DNA of 64,000 bases from Candidatus Latescibacterota bacterium (lineage in GTDB: Bacteria > Latescibacterota > UBA2968 > UBA8231), in contig CBDFJF010000002.1 of the NCBI GenBank assembly GCA_965248265.1, forward strand, positions 832,001 through 896,000, written 5' to 3'. The position numbers and the translations under genes are program-made. The notes beneath the pieces are model-generated. The model ran no database searches. It had not been told where the DNA came from and worked only from the letters and a program-made list of their open reading frames with translations. Shown here one piece after another: positions 51,542 through 61,011 of this stretch. The number at the start of each line of letters is the position of its first letter. Within the stretch, counting starts at the first letter, position 1.

Positions 51542-52579
51542 CTACCAGCCGATTTGTCCGCTCAACTCGACTTTGCCATCGCCGGCGACAATTTCTCCGA
51601 TAGGCCAGGCTTCGAAGCCCTGTGCGTGAAAGTGTTCGGCGAAGCGTTGGGCCGAGTCACTGGCGCATACCAGAGCAAGGCCGACGCCGAGATTGAATGT
51701 CCTCGTCATGTCTTCATCCGAGACTCCGCCCAAGCGGCGGATGGTCTTGAAGACCTCCGGTACCTGCAGTTTTCCCAGGTCGATGCGCGCCGTGGCCGTC
51801 GACGGCAACACCCGGATGATGTTGTCGTGGAGGCCGCCGCCGGTGATGTGGGCGAGGCCGGTCAGTGATGGATCTGAGAACAGACCGCGTACGCCGTGGT
51901 AGTAGCACAGATGGGGTCTCATGATGACATCGGCGAATGTTTCGTTACCCAGAACGATCTCTCCGACCGCCGGATCGCGATCGAGGAGGGTTCGTACCAG
52001 GGTGTAGCCATTGGTATGCAGTCCGTTGGAGGCAACGCCAAGGACGGTGTGGCCGCTCTCGATGCGCGTGCCGTCGACGACGTGCGCCCGCTCGGCGACG
52101 CCGATGGCGCTGGCCGACAACACGTAAACCCCGTCCGCGACGATGCCGGGTTGGACGGAGGTCTCACCTCCGACGAGGACGGCGCCCTGGGCCCGACAGG
52201 CTTCCGACATACCGCTGACGAGGCGATTGACGATGGTCTTGTCGAGCTCACTGCAGACGATACAATCCATCAGGTACACCGGGTGGGCACCCATGACGAC
52301 GATGTCGTTTACCAGATGGTTGATGAGGTCGTAACACAGGCTCTCGACGCGATCCGTGTCGAAGGCCAGCTTCTGCTTCGATCCGGGCTCGTCGGTTTTG
52401 AGCACCATCACCGGATCTTCGAACCCGGGGAAGCGGGCGTCGACGAGCGGTGCGAAGGCGCCAAACCTGTTGAGAACACGCGGGTCATCAGAGTCGATGC
52501 TCTTTGCCATCTCGCGTTTGGCCGCGTCGGTGGCATTGATGTCGACGCCGGACTTGGCGTAGGAGAGATTGTCAGTCAC
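51542..52579 (-). CDS. purM: Phosphoribosylformylglycinamidine cyclo-ligase (AIR synthase)
   Basis: YAKSGVDI, LVGGETS, SNGLHTNGYTL, AHITGGG, TFNLGVG. Confidence 0.93.
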   Translation of the reverse strand: MTDNLSYAKSGVDINATDAAKREMAKSIDSDDPRVLNRFGAFAPLVDARFPGFEDPVMVLKTDEPGSKQKLAFDTDRVESLCYDLINHLVNDIVVMGAHPVYLMDCIVCSELDKTIVNRLVSGMSEACRAQGAVLVGGETSVQPGIVADGVYVLSASAIGVAERAHVVDGTRIESGHTVLGVASNGLHTNGYTLVRTLLDRDPAVGEIVLGNETFADVIMRPHLCYYHGVRGLFSDPSLTGLAHITGGGLHDNIIRVLPSTATARIDLGKLQVPEVFKTIRRLGGVSDEDMTRTFNLGVGLALVCASDSAQRFAEHFHAQGFEAWPIGEIVAGDGKVELSGQIGW

Positions 52580-52655
52580 AGATCCTGCTCTGGAATCGAG
52601 TATGCGGGGATCGTGCTCTGAAGTAGAGCAAATCATCCATGTCCGTCAACGCGCC

Positions 52656-53603
52656 TCACTCCTGCCGCGTCTCCCACTTCTCTATTTCGACCAGCGCAGC
52701 CGCTATGCGCTGCCGCAATGCCGCGGCGGACTCCGGCGTCCAATCGTAGAATCCCTTGCCTGACTTGGCGCCGAGATCGCCGGCGGCAACCTTCTGTTTC
52801 ACCAATGGTGACACATCGGGCGCCGATGCGAGACCGGGATTGACGGCCGTCGTCATCGCTTCCAGCACGTCCCACCCGGCCATGTCGAAGATCTCGAATA
52901 CGCCGGCAACCGCCCAGCGGCGACCGAGGCTGCTCCTGATGCCCAGGTCGATGTCCTGCGGACTGGCCACTCCGTTTTCGACCATCCACAGTGCTTCGCG
53001 CAGCAGCGCCGCCTGCAATCTGTTGAGGAGAAAGCCCGGGACTTCCTTGCCTAAGACGATCGGCCGTTTGCCCATTACAGTCAGCAATTCGGTCACGGTG
53101 TCGATGGTTTCGGCCGAGGTCTGCGCTGTCGGCACGATCTCGACCAGCGGCACCAGATGGGGTGGATTGACGAAGTGGGCTACAAGAATCTTGTCCGTCC
53201 GTCCGGTGTTCGCGGCGAGCATACTCGGCATGAAACTCGAGGTGTTGCTGGCCAGGATGGTGTGTTCGGGGCAAGTGCGGTCCAGGCGTTCGAAGAGTTG
53301 CTGTTTTACCGCGAGATCTTCGGACACGGTTTCGATCACGAGGTCAGCGTCTTCGACGGCCTTCTCGAATACGGTTGTCGCCTGTATCCGCTCGGGGGCC
53401 ACATTGGCGCGCTCAGGTGTTACGAGTTCGAAGTGAACTAGTTTGTCGAGGCTGAGTTGGATCTCGGTCCGCGCCCAGTCGAGGCTGGCCTGTGTGCGCG
53501 AATGCAGGCTGACGTCATAGCCGGCGACAGCGAACTCCAGAGCGATGCCGTGGCCCATAAGACCGGCGCCGACAACACTGATGTAGCGGATCTCAGCGCT
53601 CAT
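52656..53603 (-). CDS. 3-hydroxyacyl-CoA dehydrogenase family protein
   Basis: VGAGLMGHGIA, IETVSEDL.VK, LASNTSS, HFVNPPHLVPLVE, PGFLLNRLQ, KSGKGFY. Confidence 0.92.
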   Translation of the reverse strand: MSAEIRYISVVGAGLMGHGIALEFAVAGYDVSLHSRTQASLDWARTEIQLSLDKLVHFELVTPERANVAPERIQATTVFEKAVEDADLVIETVSEDLAVKQQLFERLDRTCPEHTILASNTSSFMPSMLAANTGRTDKILVAHFVNPPHLVPLVEIVPTAQTSAETIDTVTELLTVMGKRPIVLGKEVPGFLLNRLQAALLREALWMVENGVASPQDIDLGIRSSLGRRWAVAGVFEIFDMAGWDVLEAMTTAVNPGLASAPDVSPLVKQKVAAGDLGAKSGKGFYDWTPESAAALRQRIAAALVEIEKWETRQE

Positions 53604-53641
53604 GATGAGAAAGCTGCCGTTGTGGAAATCATTGAATCGAT

Positions 53642-55255
53642 TCAAATACGGTCGAAGAAAGTAAGGTCGCAGCCGAAATCGTCCATGGCCTCGACAGCGT
53701 CCCCGCGCAGCCGCACTCGGATCGGCCGGACATGGATACTTCCAGAGAGGGTAAGATCCTGAGGCGCGAGCGGGAAGGAAATGTGAATAGGTAAGCCGAG
53801 GGGGGGCTGCGCGAAAAACAGGTAACCGTTGGAGATCCGGGGAAGAGCCGTGCCCACACCCTCAATGCGCAGTTCTTTCGCGTCCACCCACGAGGGCAGG
53901 CGTACGAACAGGGGGCCTTCGCCGTCCACCTCGATCTCCAGTGCGTCATGGGTATACGGAGAGCGCACGACGATGCCTTCGCCTTCGTGATCGAATAAGA
54001 GATTTACCCATTGCCCCGCGGCGTCTTTCCGGGTTACCTCACGGTACGCCTCGCACAATGAGCCGACCGTTCCTCCCACGACATCCATGTTGAAGGACAT
54101 GCTGTGCCGGCCGTCACCCAAGGGCAGGTGGCCGTAGGGCGCGGGAAAACCGAATGCGCCGAGGTGGCGGTCAGCCAAATCACGCAATCCATCCACGGAG
54201 TCAGGGTTGGGTGGATCTTGTATGAATGACACATCTCGTAACTGCGAGGGCAGGATGTGACACCGGAGGATGCGTTCGGCGTCCTCGTAGTACTCGGTGA
54301 ATCCGTGGCGAGCCAGAATCAGGGCGGTCTCCAGAATGTCGCCGGAGTTGTTCATCTCGCCGTCGTCGATGTTGTCGGCCAACGCACTTTCCGGTGACCA
54401 ACCCAGCTGATCCCGCATCATCCACAGACCGTTGTCGTAGAACGCCTTGACTCTAAGCAGCAGGGCAGCGTCTCCGAGCAGGTCCGCCAGTTGCGCCAAC
54501 GACGACATCACGCAGGTGATGGAGTGCGAGTGCGTGGTGGTGAAGCGATCGGGAAAATCATAAGCGCCGTCGGCCAGGTAATATTCGGAGATCGCCTTGT
54601 CCTTGAAGACGAGGGCCAGGTCCAGGGCTGGCGCGTACCCGGTGGCGCGATACAGCTTCACCAGGGGTCCCACCATCCGGGCCTCGCCGTGGATGAAATC
54701 GACGCATGGCTTGTAGTTCAACCCCATTCCTTCCAGTCGAGGCTCATCCCATCCGCGATCAGCACTCCACAGGCTCAAGACGGAAGCGATGCAGCGTTGT
54801 GCCATCTCGAAGGCCTCAGCGTCATCGCGGTACTTGACCAGGGCGTAAAGAGCGTGCAACCCCTCGCGCAGATTGTGCGGGGAGAAGTTGACCAGCGGGC
54901 CCCCGACGACCTCCCGGTTGAGAGACAGAGGCGCGGCCCCGCTGTGGGAGAAAAATGCGGCGTTTCGGTGTTTCTCTATGGCGCTTTCATCCAGCTCGAT
55001 GTTGACGATGTCCTGAGCGTTCAGGAGGGCATTCAGGTGTCGCCCAGGGACATGGGATTCCGCGTGGCCAGAGTGATACGCCAGGAATGCTTCCGGGTAG
55101 ACGACCGATTTGAAGAAAGGCCGGTCTTCGTCGTCGGCGTTGAAGACGCTCTGCATCGTCCGGCAACCCAGGTGGATGGCATCGGCGATGTTCGTCGTAT
55201 TGACGTCGGCGACCCTGCTCACGAACGCAGACCACGCAGTGGATGCGATTTCCAC
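53642..55255 (-). CDS. GH127-like (alpha/alpha)6 glycoside hydrolase-type protein
   Basis: Helical N-region with HSHS and GEMN, YYEDAERILR, WVNLLFD, LFVRLPSW; family assignment tentative. Confidence 0.5.
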   Translation of the reverse strand: MEIASTAWSAFVSRVADVNTTNIADAIHLGCRTMQSVFNADDEDRPFFKSVVYPEAFLAYHSGHAESHVPGRHLNALLNAQDIVNIELDESAIEKHRNAAFFSHSGAAPLSLNREVVGGPLVNFSPHNLREGLHALYALVKYRDDAEAFEMAQRCIASVLSLWSADRGWDEPRLEGMGLNYKPCVDFIHGEARMVGPLVKLYRATGYAPALDLALVFKDKAISEYYLADGAYDFPDRFTTTHSHSITCVMSSLAQLADLLGDAALLLRVKAFYDNGLWMMRDQLGWSPESALADNIDDGEMNNSGDILETALILARHGFTEYYEDAERILRCHILPSQLRDVSFIQDPPNPDSVDGLRDLADRHLGAFGFPAPYGHLPLGDGRHSMSFNMDVVGGTVGSLCEAYREVTRKDAAGQWVNLLFDHEGEGIVVRSPYTHDALEIEVDGEGPLFVRLPSWVDAKELRIEGVGTALPRISNGYLFFAQPPLGLPIHISFPLAPQDLTLSGSIHVRPIRVRLRGDAVEAMDDFGCDLTFFDRI

Positions 55256-56589
55256 GATGGCCGCGGTGTCCTCTCACCCATGGGCAACTCAACCCGCCCG
55301 ATACTGGCGTAGGCAAATCCCAACTCCTGCATCTCGTGAGGGTCGTAGAGGTTGCGACAATCCAGCAGCCGCGGTTGGGACATCAGCTCGCGGATACGCG
55401 GCATGTCCATGTTGCGGAATTCGTTCCACTCGGTCATCAAAGCCAGTCCGTCGGCGCCCCGAGCGGCATCGTAGGGGTCGGGGCAACAGATCAGATCTGG
55501 CAAGCGTCGTTGTGCATGTTCCATTGAGGCCGGGTCGTAGGCGCGTACGCTGGCCCCTTCTGTCAGAAGGGACTCGACCAATCCGATCGCTGGCGATTCG
55601 CGCAGGTCATCGGTGTTGGCTTTGAACGACAGACCCAGGACGCTGATGGTCTTTCCAGAGAACGCTCCGACCAGACCTCGCAGTTTTTCGACCATCTCCT
55701 GCTTCTGCCGGGCATTGGTCTGTGCGATCGATTTGATGAGCGGAACATCGACGTCGCCGCTTGCGGCCGTGGCGGCAAGTGCGGCCACATCCTTGGGGAA
55801 GCAGCTGCCGCCGTAGCCGGGACCGGCATTCAGATTGTGCGGGCCGATGCGGTCGTCCAGCCCAATGCCGCGCGCCACCTCGGTCACGTCGGCACCATAG
55901 GCCTCGCAGATGCAGGCGATCTCGTTGATGAAGGAAATCTTGGCCGCCAGGAAGGCATTCGAGGCGTACTTGATCATTTCAGCGCTCTCGACATCCGTCA
56001 GCACCATCGGCACATCATTCTTGTAGAGTGGTCGATAGATGTCGAGGATGCCCTCCATGGCGCGCTCGCTGCTACCCCCGATGACGACCCGATCGGGATT
56101 CATGAAGTCGTCGATGGCCGATCCTTCGCGCAGAAATTCCGGGTTCGAGACCACGTCAAAGTCGTCGTGGTTGCACTTTGAACGGATGATCGTGGCTACC
56201 CGGTCACCGGTGCCCGTGGGGACCGTACTCTTGTTGACGACGATCTTGCAAGCATCCATGTAACCGCCAATCGACTCGGCCGCCGCATGCACGAACGACA
56301 TGTCGACTTCGCCACTTGGCAAGGATGGAGTGCCCACACATATGAAGACAATTTCCGACGATCTGATGGCGGGTTCGAGCTCAGCCGAGAAGGACAACCT
56401 GCCCAGCCGTGCGTTGCGCTCGAGAACTTCCTGTAATCCGGGCTCGTAGATCGGCACCTGGCCGGCTTGGAGCTGGGCGATACGCCCTTCGTCGATGTCG
56501 ACGCAGACTACTGTATTGCCGAAGTCAGCCAGGCATGTGCCTGTGACGAGACCGGCGTAGCCAGTGCCCATTACGCAGATGCTTTTCAT
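55219..56589 (-). CDS. ugd: UDP-glucose 6-dehydrogenase
   Basis: GTGYAGL, PIYEPGL, KSTVP, SNPEFLREG, KYASNAFLA.KISF, GYGGSCFPKD, FKANTDDLRES. Confidence 0.94.
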   Translation of the reverse strand: MKSICVMGTGYAGLVTGTCLADFGNTVVCVDIDEGRIAQLQAGQVPIYEPGLQEVLERNARLGRLSFSAELEPAIRSSEIVFICVGTPSLPSGEVDMSFVHAAAESIGGYMDACKIVVNKSTVPTGTGDRVATIIRSKCNHDDFDVVSNPEFLREGSAIDDFMNPDRVVIGGSSERAMEGILDIYRPLYKNDVPMVLTDVESAEMIKYASNAFLAAKISFINEIACICEAYGADVTEVARGIGLDDRIGPHNLNAGPGYGGSCFPKDVAALAATAASGDVDVPLIKSIAQTNARQKQEMVEKLRGLVGAFSGKTISVLGLSFKANTDDLRESPAIGLVESLLTEGASVRAYDPASMEHAQRRLPDLICCPDPYDAARGADGLALMTEWNEFRNMDMPRIRELMSQPRLLDCRNLYDPHEMQELGFAYASIGRVELPMGERTPRPSWKSHPLRGLRS

Positions 56590-56710
56590 CTACCTCTCGC
56601 TCCGTGAAAATGTTAACAATCGACTCACAGTAAAAGATAGAGAAACAGAGGGGTGGATGACTCGGAGCCAGTTGATAAACCCCATTTGGCCTGAGGCCGG
56701 TCCTTTGCTC

Positions 56711-57592
56711 CTAGACGGCGAAGAAAGGCTGGCTCCAGGCGCGCTTGATACCCAGGTGCGCTTCGATGCGGAAGTAGCTCAGATCGGGCTCGGTCTGCCA
56801 CTCGAGTGTCGGGCCCTCCTGTGAATGCAGGGTACGGCCGCCGGGCCCGATGACGTGCAGATGCTGAACCCTGTGGCCGCCGGTGACGCGCAAAGTATCA
56901 TCCTCGAGGGTGATCTGCTCGAAACGGGGATAGGTGGATGCGAAGAAGGCAGCTTCCTTCAGCTGAGAGACGATCATCTGCCAGGTGACGGGTTCGTCTT
57001 CATCCTCCAGTGCCTGGACACAAACCCAGCCGTGTCCGGGGCTTATCAGGGCGAAGTGAAAGTCGTCGTTGGCGCACGCCCACAATCGATTGCCGGCCGT
57101 CAACAATTCATCCCACAATGGCACATTCGCGGCTTCGTCACAGCCGATGGATTCCCGCAGGCCATTGAAGATCTCAACGGCGTGCAGGTCATCGGCGGCA
57201 CTGAAGATATTCTCGGCGCCGTGTTCGGGGTACTGTTGCGGATGGCAGGCAATTGTGAAACCGCCGCCGGATCTGAGCGCATTGGCACGTTCGGCGAACA
57301 CGTCGCTCGGGGTCGGTGTAACCTCGTGAACGCCGATCTCGAGGATGTGTCCGTCATCGCCGTTTTCCTCCCCGGGGACCAGCAGCAGACCAACTTGATC
57401 CTGCCATTTTCGCCACTGCCGTTCGTCGGGTGCTTGGTTGTGGTCGGTGACCGCCAGGAAATCGTAGCCCAGGTTGGCGAATATCGGACCGCTTTGGGAG
57501 ATGTCCATGAAACCGCTGCAGCAGGTGTGGGCGTGCAGATTGCCGCGCAACCAGCGGGTCGAAGTCGAGTAGGGGTTCTGATATGTATTCAT
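56711..57592 (-). CDS. PHP-domain / CehA-McbA-like metallohydrolase
   Basis: WLRGNLHAHT, YDFLAVTDHN, HP, VEIFNG, ANDDFH. Confidence 0.85.
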   Translation of the reverse strand: MNTYQNPYSTSTRWLRGNLHAHTCCSGFMDISQSGPIFANLGYDFLAVTDHNQAPDERQWRKWQDQVGLLLVPGEENGDDGHILEIGVHEVTPTPSDVFAERANALRSGGGFTIACHPQQYPEHGAENIFSAADDLHAVEIFNGLRESIGCDEAANVPLWDELLTAGNRLWACANDDFHFALISPGHGWVCVQALEDEDEPVTWQMIVSQLKEAAFFASTYPRFEQITLEDDTLRVTGGHRVQHLHVIGPGGRTLHSQEGPTLEWQTEPDLSYFRIEAHLGIKRAWSQPFFAV

Positions 57593-57668
57593 GGCGGAAT
57601 AACATACATCAGTGGGGGAATCGCGGATAGGTGACGGGCCGGCATGACATTGACCAGAATCGCGCTTA

Positions 57669-59036
57669 TTGTTTGCCCGGATGGAAACAATAAAGGAAAA
57701 TCACAGCATCAGCGTATCGACCTGTCACAGGTCGAGCATTCGGCGCAGGGAGAATGTCCCTCGCCTTGTCCGCACCATCGCCCGGTGTTGCGCCGGCATC
57801 ATGATCGGACTGGGGCCGCCCTCTACCGCAGCGGAGTCTGAGCCGATCGACCAGACCCCGGTCCAGGAACTCAACCACCTGCTGTCTCAGGCGACGACGA
57901 CAGCGCAGTGGCTGGAGCAACGGCAGCAGTTCGAGTGGCGTGGCGCTCCCTACGGGCTCACCGGCATGCCCGTTACCGTCATCAACGCGCAAAGACGATA
58001 GACCTACGGCGGTCGAATGCACTTGGCCAACTACAGTGCCGTGCCGTACCACTTTCGCGTTGTCTCTGAGTGGGTGCGATCTTCCGGAGGTGACGGCCGC
58101 TTGGTGGTTCGAGTGGCGCTGCCTGACATCGGTTCCGGATTCGGCTTGAAGGCTCTGCTGGATCTGGGACGCGCTGAGGGCCGCTTTCACGGGTGGGGGA
58201 ACGCCAGCTCGTACCACCAGAGTTACACCGATCACGACAGCCCCGAATACATCGATTCTGACTACTATAATTACTTCGTCGAGCGCCGTAGGGTTCTGCT
58301 CATGTTGAGCAAACAGCTATGGCATTCTCTGTGGCTCGATGTCGGAGGCGGAGTGGAAGATGCAGACACCAAGGTTCATTCCGATCAGTCGATGCTGATG
58401 CAGCGCGCTCCCGGCCGTATCGGCAGTACGGACTTCAGTTTGTTGACGATGGCGTTGCGCTGGGACACCCGTGATGATCCCGCCTATCCAAGCTCCGGCA
58501 AATTTCACGAATGGACGTATGAGCGCTCGGAGAATTCGCTGTGGGGAGCGCTGACCGGAGGGGCAGATACGGAACGCTTTACGATAACGGATCGTCGATA
58601 CATAAGATTGCGGCCGCGGCTGGTGTTTGCTGTCCGCAACCTGTTCGAAGTCCTGGACGGTACCGTGCCGATGGATCTGTACGGTGAGGTTGGCAACAGC
58701 TTCGATCGCGTCGACGGGCTCGGCGGTAACAACTCGCTGCGTGGATTTTCGCTGCACCGCTTCATGGATGACGTGCGCTTCCTGTCGAATTCAGAGCTGC
58801 GATACATGCTGCACAGCACGCGGTTGTTCGGCCAGCTGGTCGAGATCAACGGTGTCGGCTTCGTCGATTTGGGACGCGTGTGGGAGGATCTGGACTCGTT
58901 CAGTCTGTCGGATCCACACGGATCGGTGGGTGCGGGGCTGCGCTTCGTGTGGAATCGAGATTTCACCATGCGCGTCGAGGCCGCCCATTCCGGGGAGCAG
59001 AATTCGGCGCTGGCGACGATGGACCGGAATTTCTAA
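57669..59036 (+). pseudogene. Omp85/BamA-TamA-family outer membrane protein interrupted by an in-frame TAG (57999-58001)
   Basis: The two ORFs are in the same frame (...NAQRR*TYGGRMHL); WDTRDDPAYPSSG, LGGNNSLRGF...RF, ELRY, FVDLGRVW, GAGLR, terminal F; start uncertain. Confidence 0.75.
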
Positions 59037-59044
59037 GCCTGAAG

Positions 59045-59887
59045 CTACTCACATGCCGTAGTCCAGTCATGACCGGGCGCCAGACCGAGCAGGCGTTGCG
59101 CCTTGACGCTGCTGATGACGCTGGCATTGCGAGCCAAATCGCCGCGGATCTCAACACGGTCACCGAAGTTGTGTCGGATGAGATCAATGGTCGGCTCGCG
59201 GAAACGCGTTGGTGGCTGGGCGATCAGGAAGGACTCGTGGCCATCGATGTCCGCATCCAGCGACAGGCAGTGTGCCTCAGCGACGGTGTCGATGTGAGCG
59301 TAAGCCCACATCACCAGGGTCACCGGGTCCTCTGGCGTCGGCGGAGGTAAGGGGAATTTCTCAAGCATGTCAGGGCGAGCTACATTGGTGAAGCGCAAGC
59401 TCACGGCACTCGTCAAGGTGCTACGCGAAAGCATCCGCGCGATGCACTCGCCAACCTGCTTCGAGAGACCGTAGGGTTCGAATGGGGTCATCTCGTGCTC
59501 TTCATCGAGAGGGAGATAGGCGGGGACGAAGGCCTCGGGATCGTCGGCCCAACCCATGCCGAAGGCGCTGGACGAGAACACGATTCGCCGCACCTGTTGA
59601 TTCGCCGCCGCCATCATGACGTTGAAGGTGCTCAGCCCATTGTTCCGGAACATCTCGTAAGGGGCGGCGCCGTTGGGACCCGGAATGGCACCCATGTGGA
59701 TGAGGGCCTCGGCGCCATCGACGACTGACTCGGCGGCATCGGGATCGCACAGGTCGGCCTCGATGAAGGGCGTTGGGGATTCCTCAAATGGAACTCGGTC
59801 CGTTCCACGAACCTCCCGTCCTTGTTCCACAAGGCGACGGACGACGTGTTGTCCCAGGCGCCCCGCGGCTCCTGTCACTACGATCAT
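59045..59887 (-). CDS. NAD-dependent epimerase/dehydratase (extended SDR)
   Basis: VVTGAAGRLG, HMGAIP, FSSS, YGLSK, LRF. Confidence 0.9.
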   Translation of the reverse strand: MIVVTGAAGRLGQHVVRRLVEQGREVRGTDRVPFEESPTPFIEADLCDPDAAESVVDGAEALIHMGAIPGPNGAAPYEMFRNNGLSTFNVMMAAANQQVRRIVFSSSAFGMGWADDPEAFVPAYLPLDEEHEMTPFEPYGLSKQVGECIARMLSRSTLTSAVSLRFTNVARPDMLEKFPLPPPTPEDPVTLVMWAYAHIDTVAEAHCLSLDADIDGHESFLIAQPPTRFREPTIDLIRHNFGDRVEIRGDLARNASVISSVKAQRLLGLAPGHDWTTACE

Positions 59888-59934
59888 GGGAGTCTCCTTG
59901 CTGCCCAATCACAACCGATGAGGGATTTCGATTC

Positions 59935-60954
59935 ATGAACCAGAGATTACCGCATACAGTCGCGACCGATCCCGGCACCGAGTGGGTAAAAGATAGTGTC
60001 GCCATCGATGTACCGCCGGATAGCGAAAGCGATCCAGCCCCCGAGGGGCAGTGGCCGGCTGAAGCCCCACGAGGCGGCAAGTACGGTTCGGTGGCCGCGA
60101 CCATCATCGAGTTGGCCGGTGGTGGATACCGCATGTACTACACCCAGATCATGCCGCGACCCGGCTTTCCGAAGGGGGCCAACGACTACGACAATGCCAC
60201 CACGCGAATCCTGAGCGCGACGTCCCCCGACTGTTCGACCTGGACGCCGGAGGCCGGGGTGCGGCTTTCAGCGCGCGAAGGCGGGGCCGGTGAGTTTCGC
60301 GTCGTCGCCCCTGAAGTCGTACCGATTCAGGACGGCAGCGGCCGTTTACGCATGTATTACGAGTGCGCTCCTGGGCAGCAAGCGGTGGCCAGCAGCATTC
60401 GCAGCGCCATCTCCGACGATGGTTTGGAGTGGACGGTGGAGCCCGGCGACCGGCTCAGCGGCCAGGGTGGCAGCTACAACGCCCCGCGTGTTCTCTTCCT
60501 CGACGACGGTACCTGCCGGCTCTACTGCAGTGACACCGTGGAGGGCATCGTCAGTGCCCTCTCAGAGGATGGCGGCACCACATTTCAGCTCGACCCAGGG
60601 CGACGTATCGTGAGGGAGTTGAGCTACGAAGCTCGCACCGCCTACGCTCCCGACGTTGTGAGGATCGAAGGCGGTGGATACCGCATGTACTACTCCGGCT
60701 ACAGCGATGCCACCCGCGCCCAGATTCTCACAGCCGTTTCCGACGACGGCCTGAAATGGTACAAACACCCGGAACCCGTGATTGCGCCCGGAGGCCGGTA
60801 CGATGCAGCCAAATGCTCGGAGATGGTGGTGATGGAATTACCAGAAAAACCCGGGGAAGCGCCGCGTTACCGAATGGTGTACGAGGCCTGTGACGGCACG
60901 GCTGCGGACCAGCGTGGCGTCTGGCGTCTACTCAGCGCGACATCACATGCATGA
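59935..60954 (+). CDS. Five-bladed beta-propeller glycoside hydrolase-like protein
   Basis: Repeated YRMYY...I.SA.S.DG..W blades (about 5). Confidence 0.7.
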   Translation: MNQRLPHTVATDPGTEWVKDSVAIDVPPDSESDPAPEGQWPAEAPRGGKYGSVAATIIELAGGGYRMYYTQIMPRPGFPKGANDYDNATTRILSATSPDCSTWTPEAGVRLSAREGGAGEFRVVAPEVVPIQDGSGRLRMYYECAPGQQAVASSIRSAISDDGLEWTVEPGDRLSGQGGSYNAPRVLFLDDGTCRLYCSDTVEGIVSALSEDGGTTFQLDPGRRIVRELSYEARTAYAPDVVRIEGGGYRMYYSGYSDATRAQILTAVSDDGLKWYKHPEPVIAPGGRYDAAKCSEMVVMELPEKPGEAPRYRMVYEACDGTAADQRGVWRLLSATSHA

Positions 60955-61011
60955 GCCTAATGCGGTGAGCGCCGTGTTCGCTCACGTGTCGCCATGTCCG
61001 TTCTCCGACCC

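Noticed and set aside
57999-58001. Amber recoding (pyrrolysine or alternative genetic code)
   Set aside because: TAG is the normal stop of many intact genes here (csp, tolC-like, Rid, DUF11 A/C/E) and no pyl genes are seen.
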